The position numbers were made by a program, and so were the translations under genes. A DNA stretch of 63,322 bases, the filler included, from Nemertoderma westbladi (taxonomy: Eukaryota; Animalia; Xenacoelomorpha): assembly GCA_032718475.1 (NCBI GenBank). It is 3 parts of 3 records of this genome, joined end to end, with 100 filler letters (N's around TTAATTAATTAA, not from the genome) between each part and the next. Parts side by side here need not be neighbours in the genome. Positions count along the whole stretch, not along the records: positions 23,385 to 52,637 come from JAUCBJ010001882.1; 2 more parts are not named here. One strand, written 5' to 3'. This document shows, piece after piece, positions 24,455-34,306 of the stretch. Each line of letters opens with the position of its first letter. Position 1 is the stretch's first letter. Below the pieces are notes generated by a model that worked only from the letters and a program-made list of their open reading frames with translations, was not told the DNA's origin and did no database searches.

Positions 24455-25880
24455 CAACATTAAAGGTCATGAATTCGGTCTTGGTAGCATTTATGTGCAA
24501 TCCAACTTCCTTAGTAGCCCTCTCCACTTTATTCAGTAGAAGCTGTGCATCTGCTAGCGTATTAGAGAGCAGGGCGATGTCATCCGCAAAGTCGGTGTCT
24601 GTGACTGTAGTTGCCGGATATCTACTACTTCTATGTTCTAGTAGTGTAAATCCCAGATCTTCACCCTTTGTGGCCGTCCTCATTGCGTAATCCAGTACAA
24701 TTACGAATAGTAATGGCGCCAATGTGTTACCTTGCAGTACGCCAGCCAGGTTTGAGAAGAACTCAGTTTCACCATTTGGTGAGAGTACCTGTGATTCTGT
24801 GTCACAATACAACAATCCAATGCCAGCAACAATTACTTATGGTATTCCGTAAGCTCTTAGGATTTCCAGCATTTTACCACCATTGATGAGATCGATTGCT
24901 TTCTGGAAGCCCACAAATTTCAGGACAGCAGGGAAATTCTTTGACTTAATTCCCTCAATCAGTCTCCGTTGTGCAAGTATGAGCTATTGCTGATATCGAA
25001 CTTATCGAATATCGATACTCTTAATTGATATCGATACCCTTTCAGCATCATTTCTTTGGAGTTCGGCAGTTGTGAAGTCCCCTGTTTTTATAGTGTTAGC
25101 GTCTTTTTTTGTCATATATTTTTCTTGTAGGGCTGACGTCGATGTTTGTTGGCTGCCCAAGCAAGTTGCTGAAGTGATTTTTCCACTTCCCAACACGTTC
25201 TTCAGGACTATCTTCTCTCTGGCCTCAAGTGACCTCAGGGTCTTGCACATAATGTTTTCGTTTGGGTTTCTGGGGGATATGCCTCTTAGCTGATTCCTTG
25301 TGGGCTGCTATTATATTCTGGTATATTGAATCGGTGGACTGGTCTTCATCCATTGACTGAAGTATTTCAAACTGGTTTTGAACTTCTACTATGTAAGCAT
25401 CCTTTACTGCATTGTCAGTTCTGAGTTTCTCCCAGTCATAGTTGATTCGCTAGCTTGTCCTGGGTTTGCTGGCTCTCAAACTGAGTCTGATCTCTGCAGT
25501 CACAATTCTGTGGTCCGAACCAATTAGGTTGAACGAGCTGTATGCATCGCAGTTGATCATTGCAGTTTATAAGGATGTAATCCAGTTGTGCTTTGGTTCC
25601 ATTAGGGTATTGAAAGGTCCATGGCTTCCCCTTACTCTTTTCGAATGTGTTGTTTGTTGGTATCAATTCACATTCTTCCATTAGGTCTAAAAGTAAGTAG
25701 CCATTTCTGTTAGAACTGATGTTATAAGTGTAACCCTTGATGTCTTCTGGGCCAATTTATGCTTTAAGATCACCAGCAATGACTTTGACATTGTGTTTCG
25801 GAATGTCCTTTATAAGGCCAGTCAGATCTTCATAAAACTTGACTGCTGATTCTGGCACTGAGACTTTGGTTAACATAAGG
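24455..25880 (-). mobile_element. RTE-type LINE family B, decayed endonuclease plus RT
   Basis: GVLQGNTLAP, FADDIALL and GLHINATKTE (RT); WTFQYPNG..QLDYIL (AP endonuclease); many frameshifts. Confidence 0.9.
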
Positions 25881-25985
25881 TAACATTAATATTAAATAGA
25901 TAAGTAGGCCCAATGTTGTTTGATATCATAAAAAGTATCTGATAGAAGCACTTTTTGTCACTAATTTTAATTAGCTCAAATACAA

Positions 25986-26671
25986 TAGGGCGGTGCGTTT
26001 TTTACTTTTTTTCGATTTCATTGTTCTACCGGCGCGCAAAAGTTGACAAATGGTAAAAAAAAATAAGGAATAAAAATTTCTATAAATTTCATCTATGTCT
26101 TCATGGATCCCATGGGGGTTAAAAATTTTGTGCCATCGCAATGCACCATAATGAAATTTATAACAATATAACACATTGATGAAAGATCAATGACTCAAAA
26201 AAGAACTTCCTGCATGCAGCATATGTCATCAAATGGGTCCAAACTTAGTTAAATATCAAAATTTTAATTTTTGGATCAAGGGAACTAGTGCCACAGGCAC
26301 ATGGCCAGAATCTACCATTTGGCGCAAGTGATGATTATTCTCAATTTTCGCGATGGCCAACTATGAGTTTTCCTTGATCCCTTGATCCAAAAATTAAAAT
26401 TTTGCTATCTAACAAAGTTTGGACCCATGTGATGACATATGCTGCATGCAGGAAGTTCTTTTTTGAGTCATTGATCTTTCATCAATGTGTTATATTGTTA
26501 TAAATTTCATTATGGTGCATCGCGATGGCACAAAATTTCAACCCTCTTGGGATCCGTGAAGATATAGACGACATTTAAATAATATTTTTTGCCTTATTTT
26601 TTACCATTTGGCAACTTTTGTGCACCGGTAGAACAATGAAATCGAAAAAAAGTAAAAAACGCACCGCCCTA
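25986..26671. mobile_element. Palindromic (foldback) MITE, hAT- or MULE-like
   Basis: TAGGGCGGTGCG...CGCACCGCCCTA; about 295-bp inverted arms; 8-bp TSD AAATACAA (25978-25985, 26672-26679). Confidence 0.9.
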
Positions 26672-27624
26672 AAATACAATTCTTCCGTCCAAGTGAAATT
26701 CAGATATTATGTTTTCGTGTACTGAGTTTTGCAATCAATGCCTACTCGCCAACCACCAACTCGTCCAAAACATATCTTAATTACAGACAAATAAAATTAG
26801 TGACAAAAAGTGTTTATTATCTCCCTCGCTTTAATAGATAATTTGGGCACTATTTATTGAAGAACAATGTGACTGACATAATATTATACTAACATTTTAA
26901 TTGAGCGAGATGGAGGGGATGGGGGGGGGGGGGGGCTTTCATTTCAACTTCCCTAAAAGTTAGTGAATTCGGGAGCAATGCCTTCAATTGCTATAAAACG
27001 TAAGAAGCTATAGGCCTAATAGGTAATAATAATTATTTGCATATCAATAAGGTTTTAGAGAAGGATACAACATTAGTCACTATCTAAGCCATCAACAATT
27101 AATATTAAAAATATATTAATATTAAAATCACTGACATTCATTGAAACTGATTAGAGAAAGTAATAAATACATTTTCAAAGGGAAAACTTCTATGGCTGAT
27201 CAACCAGAGTGCCTATATATTGCCGCGCTCCCAGGTAAGTTTGTTGATCGAGTAGGAAGAGATGCTGTATAATACGACATAAGAATCACTATGATTCGAT
27301 TCTTAGTTATCCTGAGGAGTTTCCGTTGGGTGGATCGCACTCAGCTCCTTCTAGTTTTGATTTATTGAACTTCATCCAATGAGATGTAATGTTTTAGAAA
27401 AAGGACAGAAAAGGAATGCCCAGCCCATTCAGATTCAAAAACATCCCACGCTATCTACTGTACATACAGATACTGTGGGGCGAGCCAGAAATGTGAACCA
27501 TCAGCGGACGTTTATAATTATATGGATGTTTTACAAAAATTTGTTTGGGTGTGCGATTGTGTGTGTATCAGGAGCCAATTGGCCTATACCAGTAAATAGC
27601 CTAAAGTACAGCAGAATAACTGTT

Positions 27625-27815
27625 CGGTTTCCATGTCACATTGTCCACTAGGACAAATGGACTACTAGGACAAAGAGTCCATTATGTTAAAGCGTCCACA
27701 AACAATGACAAAGGACAAATTGTCCACTAGGACAAATTGTCCACTATGACAAATGGTCCACTAGGGCAAATTATCCACTAGGGCAAATGATCCACTATGC
27801 CAAAGTTTCCACAAA
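27625..27815. repeat. ~18-bp tandem TTGTCCACTAGGACAAA motifs (MULE-type subterminal array)
   Basis: Repeated GTCCACTA(G/T)GACAAA units visible. Confidence 0.55.
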
Positions 27816-27889
27816 TATTTCAAATTTGTAAAAATTATTAGCAAACTATTACATTTTAATGTAATTTTTCTTCACCAATATATTGCACT

Positions 27890-28310
27890 TATTGTCAGTC
27901 TGTGTAGAAACTCCCATATATGGATGACTTGGATTCTTCAGGTAAATATATTAACCACAATTGATAATATTCCATTAAGGAAAGTTGACGACTTCCAGTA
28001 CTTTGTGTCAGTAGAAAAGACATAGAAGTTAGGAAAGCCAAGGCATGGGTAGCTCTATCAAAAATGGATACCATCTGGAAATCATACCTTTAGAGAAGTA
28101 AACATGGGGCCATACCAGATCTACTTCTCTGGCAACCAACTCATGGAAAGCGTAGTCGTGGACGACCGGCCATAACATATATAGATCAACTTGAAAGGGA
28201 TACTGAACTTGGGAGAAACGAAATTGCGACAACTATGGAGAATCGGGAAGCCTGGAAGGATCTCATTTCCACTGTCCGAGTTCGCTCGACAGTAGTAGTA
28301 TTAGTAGAGT
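27890..28310 (+). mobile_element. RTE-type LINE family B, deleted 3' part
   Basis: RKAKAWVALSKMDTIWKS and LLWQPTHGKRSRGRP..DQLERDT; TAG-rich tail; inverted relative to the copy at 28981. Confidence 0.8.
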
Positions 28311-28980
28311 ATGATACTAAGTCTAAAGTATAATTTTTATGCCTTTGGCGATGTTTAATAATAGTAATAAATGTGATAATAATTAAACCATGTACCATTT
28401 TAATTAATTAATATGTAATTACATAATTACAAATAATTTGATTGATAAAACTCGTAAAGAGAAGCGATTCAGTGCAGTAAACCGTATTAGATATAAACTT
28501 ATGCACAAATTATATTGGTAGGAAATGTGAAGCCTAGAACGAACTACCGCACCGGTATTTATGAACCTGGTATGTGAAATTCCCATTTAAAAGGACATGA
28601 CCTACTAAATACTAAATATACCCTTCTATCCTCTTGTGCATGAGCCTCGCAGTGACTGACTACATTGACAAATCCTCCTCTGCCCGCCCTTTCGTAATTT
28701 ACTAATTTCTGTTTTTTTTTTATTTTATGTGTCAGTCTCTTAAGAAAGGCCAAAAATTACAAATTTTAGGTATTTCATTTGTATTTTTAACACACCTACA
28801 ATAGCTACTTATAAAAACACTAGCTACCATAAAAAATTACTATCCACCACTAAAGCAGCTGCAAGAAAAAAAAAAACAATAAAATTATGTGCAAGGAGTT
28901 ATTTGGATCATCAAAACTGTTCAATAATGGCCACACAAGCTATAGTTGTGCCGGAGGCATGGCAAATAATGCTGAAATTT

Positions 28981-29224
28981 TACTACTAGGTCGAGCGAAC
29001 TCGGACAGTGGAAATGAGATCCTCCCAGGCTTCCCGATTCTCCATAGTTGTTGCAATTTCGTTTCTCTCAAGTCCAGTATCCTTTCACGTTGGTCTATAT
29101 ATTTTATAGCCGGTCGTCCACGACTACGCTTTCCATGTGTTGGTTGCCAGAAAGGTAGATCTGGTATGACCTCGTCTTTACTTCGCCAGCAGTGCCCACT
29201 GATTCTTAATCTGCATTCACGGGG
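28981..29224 (-). mobile_element. RTE-type LINE family B 3' end, target of the LTR insertion
   Basis: Removing the LTR element rejoins LYGKIPPVSTT (41249-41282) with ECRLRISGHCWRS..WQPTHGKRSRGRP. Confidence 0.85.
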
Positions 29225-30454
29225 TGTAAAAGCTTCTGTGGGATATAACTGGCCCTTTTGCTTTGCAATCCAGTTTCCCCCCAGGCGCTGGAATACTCTA
29301 AAAGGCTCACTAACTCGAATGATACAAGCGACCGGCTGATTGGCTGATTTGCTGTACGAGGGGCTCTTTGCTATGTTCTATCGGCCAACCAGAGCTATAG
29401 CAGCAGAGTATGCAACCAGGACAACCGAGCGGAGTGACTCATTTTGTGTGCTGGCCAAGGGATGCCAAAATCCTGATAGTTCGGCATTTAGACATTCGTG
29501 GAACCTGTGGATTCTGGTGTTCTGCCAATGAGAGCTATTCCTCTCTGTGTAAAAGATACCTGCAACGGTGTTAGAGTCAGAGAGTTCTGGTTACTGTTGT
29601 GTTGTTTCTATCTAGGCCAGGAACACCGGCTCTAGAGTCAATTCGTTTCAGACTTTAGAAGAAACATTAGTAGGCTTAAGATTATAGAGCGTATAACTGT
29701 TATCAGTCCATATCATATATCACATATCATAACTTGTCATATCATATCTTAACCTACCGTCTTAATGTTTTTACTGTTGTCATATTTTGTATCAGTTGGT
29801 TGAATACTATTTGGAGAACATTTATAAAGAACCCAAATTTCCCAATTTTCTTGATACACTACAGGTTAGAGAGACGGGTTATATATAGCGATTGCGACTT
29901 ATATTATTGTGGTTTGTAGTGAATTTAATGCTATTTGATAAGCACTACATGAGTCAGTTGCTGTTCTCTTTATATATGATAAAATTCATTGACGGTCGGC
30001 AAATTAGTGAGCAGTATTGTGTGTTACCGGTAGTGTGCATGATTGTGGCTGATAACTAAGCATTTCCTAAAGAATGCGCCTCATACGTGAATCATAAGCC
30101 TTACTGACTTACCGTTGTGTTTAGTACAAGTCATATCTCTGTTTATCTAGATAGAGCGCCATGTCCTAAAGGAACTGTTAATATTTCCCGAAAGTGAATA
30201 ATATTAGTCAGAAATTATTTATTAACGATCAATCGAATAATACAGTAAGCTTACACTGCAATAATAATCTAAGCCCTCAGAATCCAGTCTCCCGGGTATA
30301 TCCAGCGGGTGAATGGACGCGCACTAGGCTGGCTTCTGCTAATGTTGTGTTTATTGGTATTAAATATTTGTCAACTTCTAAAGTCTATTTATAAACCAAA
30401 AGACATATAAATTTTGGCAGGTTAAACTGCTAAAGGTCTTCAAAAGCACGTACA
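29225..30454 (+). repeat. 5' LTR (1230 bp)
   Basis: TGTAAAAGC...CACGTACA; matches the 3' LTR except a few substitutions and an extra ~300 bp (30101-30404). Confidence 0.95.
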
Positions 30455-30465
30455 ATAACAGTTAT
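30455..30465 (+). promoter_or_regulatory. Primer-binding position: non-tRNA, complementary to LTR 29693-29703
   Basis: ATAACAGTTAT directly after the LTR, with no TGG; its reverse complement ATAACTGTTAT is in both LTRs. Confidence 0.55.
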
Positions 30466-30839
30466 TGTCTTTATTGCAGTAAGCAATAAAGTTGAAAGTA
30501 CCGGTCGACCGGTAAACTTGAACCGGTACTTCTGTAGGTCAGTAGGCCCAACTGCCAGAACTGGTACTGCTTAGGTCCGTAGGTCCAACTGCCAGAACCG
30601 GTACTTCTGTAGGTCCGTAGGCCCAACTGTCTTAACCGGTACTTCCAGTATAAGTACATTAGTAGTATTCGATTTTGATTATTGTATACTGGTAGGTCTT
30701 AGTATTTAATCAGGGACGGCCGCCCTGGTTTTTTATTGAGATTTTACTTATTTCTGTCGGTTTTATTTACATGTAAGTTAATATTGAGCTGAAGACGTGT
30801 AAGTCTGCTCAGATTGTTCAGATAACTGTAGGCCGGACT

Positions 30840-31330
30840 GTTGTCGGATTGTTGTTGGGTTTGGAGGAATTGCGGCGTGTGTAGAGTTTGTCTGAAAAAG
30901 TGCCAGTTAGTAAGTTGGGGCAGCCAGAGCTGTAAGGTCAATCCCCTCTTAAAGAATAAGTCGTACTACCGTGTTAGAACGCATACTAACTAACCATTTT
31001 GGAATCTGCACATACTGTAGTTTATTTAGGCTTGACAGTATTCTGCCAACGTTTTGGCCTGTGTTTGTTTGTGTGGTCTGTTCAGGTACCGTAATAGTTA
31101 TTACTCAGATATTTTGTAGGCTGGATTGTTGTCTAGCTATTATTAGGTCTGAAGAGATTGCTGCGTGTGTAGAGTTTGTCTGATAAAGTGCCAGTTAGTA
31201 AGTTGGGGCAGCCATAGCTGTAAGGTCAATCCCCTCTTAAAGAATAAGTCGTACTACCGTGTTAGAACGCATACTAACTAACCATTTTGGAATCTACACA
31301 TACTGTAGTTTATTTAGGCTTGGTGGTAGT
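30840..31330 (+). repeat. 288-bp-period duplication in the retroelement leader
   Basis: GTAGAGTTTGTCTGA...TTTATTTAGGCTT at 30881 and 31169. Confidence 0.9.
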
Positions 31331-32707
31331 CTGCCAGCGTTTGGTTTGTATTTTGTTTGAGTATTCTGTACGGGTAGCGTAATATTTATTATTCAGAGTT
31401 TATGCGATTATTCGCAACATTCATGTCCCCAAGTTTATTCCTACAGTAATTGTGTTTGTTACACATACCGTTATAGTTAAATTAACCCCGGTACTACACG
31501 GGCTGCTTGGCGTAGGAAAAGACTGGTGACTTTGTGCTTCGGTCACTCCAGCAGATGCCGTGGTTCTTTTATCTGTCCAAGTATATTTAACTACTGATTA
31601 TTTGTTGTACCAGTACTTGTACCTAATTTAGGGTTTAGTGTACAGTGCTTTCCGAAAGTAATTAGTGTGTAGGCAGTATATTTGTGTTGTAAAGTGGTTA
31701 ATAGGCACGTTGGATCTGGTAGTCCGCGGTAATTAACTTCCAGGTAGGAACACTCCGTGATACATAACGTAGTACCTATAGCGATACGGCTATAGGTCGT
31801 CAGGCGGTGGTATTTTCCTATCTGGACAGTGCAATATATTTACTACTACTTATTATTTTCAAATACCGTAGTACCCTGTCCGTTGTAATAACCAGAATTC
31901 TAACCCTTTGTTAGGCTGGTTTGTAGACTTCCTGTAAAATTACCCTAAAAATTTCGTACGTAATATTTTGTTGTGTTTAATTAGAGATTTAATCTCACCC
32001 GTATCGTAAGTAATTTGTAGTATTAAGTAACTTAGGTAAATTAGAATTATCTGTTTTAGTGTCCAATAAGTAGCACTCCACTGAGAGCGCACAGCTTCTG
32101 TGTAGTGACTCCCCCCAGAAATAGTAACATCTATTTCAATATTGTAACAAAACCCCTCATAAGGGTACATATAAATCCACTAAATCTATTAATAAAATAG
32201 TAGGCCTGTTATACAACACTTAGGTCTTAATATCAGTTGGACTGCTGCTCAAATAACGGTAATAAAGTAAGTAAAGTAACCAAGTAACCCCTAACATTCA
32301 GAAATTCAATTATTTTAAAATAATTGACATACCGGTATTTACAATAGGCTTATTATATTTATTCTATAAAATTAGGCTGAAATCATACCGGTACTCTGTA
32401 ATTAATTCTAGTCCAGAATTATACTTATATACTATAAGTGTAAGCTGCATACCGGTATTCACGATAGGCCTATTATATATTTATATATATTTGTGCTAAA
32501 ATTATATACCGGTACTCTGTGACAAATCTAGTCTGTAATAATACTTATATATATACTATAAGCATACCGGTATTCTAATATATTATATATATCACGCTAC
32601 ACTGAGTAGCAGTATCGGTAATTAATTATTAGGCTAACAGTGATACTGAATTACTAGACTTGCTTTAACTGTAATATAGCAGTAGGCATTCAACTGTACA
32701 ATCAAAC

Positions 32708-34306
32708 ATGGCTGACACCAGGCAAACTCTGTCAGATAGTCTCCTAGAAACAACAGCCTGTTTCTCAGATCAAAGTGTAGAGAATCCCAGACCGAGGTCT
32801 GAAACCCCTCATACTGTAAGAAGGGCAACCCCTGCAGTGGTTGTGTCAGAACCTAGGTTGGTAGAAAAGATTTCGCAATTTGCGAAGTTTGTGAAGCGCC
32901 GTTGGTCTGCCATAGGTACTCGGGCCCAAGTCAAGCGGGATCAAGAAGAAGCTATAAAACAGCAGCAACCTCCTAGCCAAGAACCTAGTTCTCAGCGGCC
33001 CGATAGCTCCAGTAGTTTGGATACTGTTGAGCGGACGCCCGAACGCGGAGCGAAGATGGCGGATACGGTTTATGATGAGCGGCCAACCTATGAAGAATCA
33101 ACCGACGCCACTTCTTCTCAAGTGGAAAGCGAGGTGGAAAGCGAAGTGGAAAGCGAATTAACAGCAGCAGAGAAGCCGCGAACTAGAGACGCCATTGACA
33201 TCTATCTGTCAGACTATCAGCAATTCATAGGAGACGAAGAGTTGAGGAGACGACTGTCTGGACTTCGCCCTAATAGTGAAGGAACCAAGCTTGTGTTGGA
33301 CGCAATCGATGCGGAAATGTTAGCTGCAAACCAAGCTAAATTTGATGAAAAACTTCGCCTCGCTAGAGTCCAGGAAGAAGAAGTAAAGAAAAGACGGATA
33401 GAGGAACAAAAGGCGGCGGCCATGGCAGAAGCAGAAGTAGAAAGAAAGGCGGCAAAGGCAGTGGCAGAAGCAGAACGGAGAGCGTCTGAGCAGACTACCC
33501 AACTGGAGTTGGAAAATCTGCAAGAGACGCAAGACAACATAAATAAACAGTTAACTGCTAGTCAAATGCAGATGATGAGTCGATCTACTCCCAAACGCCA
33601 AGAATACACATCATCGGAAGAAGGCGAGACCACCGATCCGGAAGGCGGAGGAAATAGATTTCGTCTAAGCAGGCGTAGAAAAACATCTCACCGTCATAAA
33701 CTGCCTGATTTGCCCCCAGCTGTCAGAAGACAACTAGCTAGCACAGACTTAGGTAGTACAGAACCCACAGACCAAATTATTAAGGTCAAAAGACTCCCTA
33801 CCATAGTTGATGAGCCTGAAATAATTGGGCCTGTCGTTCCCAAAGCCACTCCTGTGCTAGAGACCCCTGTACTTCCAGAGCTTAACTCTAAATTCCCTCT
33901 ACACAGTACTACACTGCCTGTACCCGGTAGAACAGTCCATGAGAATATCCCTGTCCTGGAAGCTGAGAGAGAAATCAAAGATTTGTCTCCCGTCGTCCCG
34001 CGTCAGCCCGCTACAATGTTGGCGACTCCCGCTTCGGCGGTCGAGTGGGTAGAGGAGGGACGGCGGGGGATGAATCTCCTGCTCGGACAGATGCAGGAGA
34101 CTGTCCACCAACTTAAGGGAACAGTAAGGGAAGGTAGGGCCGAATTGCAAGAAGTGCAGCAAAGTATCGCTCTAGAACGCGACAAATTAGTCAATATACA
34201 AAAAGCGATACCAATACCCCCTGTAACATGTGTCAACCTGTTAGGTCTGAAGTATTACATGCGCAAGGTGTGGAGCCTACACGCATCTATACTGCTAGTG
34301 AAGTAG
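32708..34306 (+). CDS. BEL/Pao Gag N-terminal part (low-complexity/coiled-coil)
   Basis: 532-aa ORF inside the element, E/K/A-rich helical segment, overlapping the gag-PR ORF in the -1 frame. Confidence 0.8.
   Translation: MADTRQTLSDSLLETTACFSDQSVENPRPRSETPHTVRRATPAVVVSEPRLVEKISQFAKFVKRRWSAIGTRAQVKRDQEEAIKQQQPPSQEPSSQRPDSSSSLDTVERTPERGAKMADTVYDERPTYEESTDATSSQVESEVESEVESELTAAEKPRTRDAIDIYLSDYQQFIGDEELRRRLSGLRPNSEGTKLVLDAIDAEMLAANQAKFDEKLRLARVQEEEVKKRRIEEQKAAAMAEAEVERKAAKAVAEAERRASEQTTQLELENLQETQDNINKQLTASQMQMMSRSTPKRQEYTSSEEGETTDPEGGGNRFRLSRRRKTSHRHKLPDLPPAVRRQLASTDLGSTEPTDQIIKVKRLPTIVDEPEIIGPVVPKATPVLETPVLPELNSKFPLHSTTLPVPGRTVHENIPVLEAEREIKDLSPVVPRQPATMLATPASAVEWVEEGRRGMNLLLGQMQETVHQLKGTVREGRAELQEVQQSIALERDKLVNIQKAIPIPPVTCVNLLGLKYYMRKVWSLHASILLVK

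Noticed and set aside
29340-29919. Small ORFs duplicated at 40429-41008
   Set aside because: They lie in the LTRs; the identity reflects LTR duplication, not coding constraint.
34138-34306. Programmed -1 frameshift between the two gag ORFs
   Set aside because: No canonical X XXY YYZ heptamer found in frame, and the break is inside gag; BEL elements usually have one ORF, so a 1-bp deletion is more likely.
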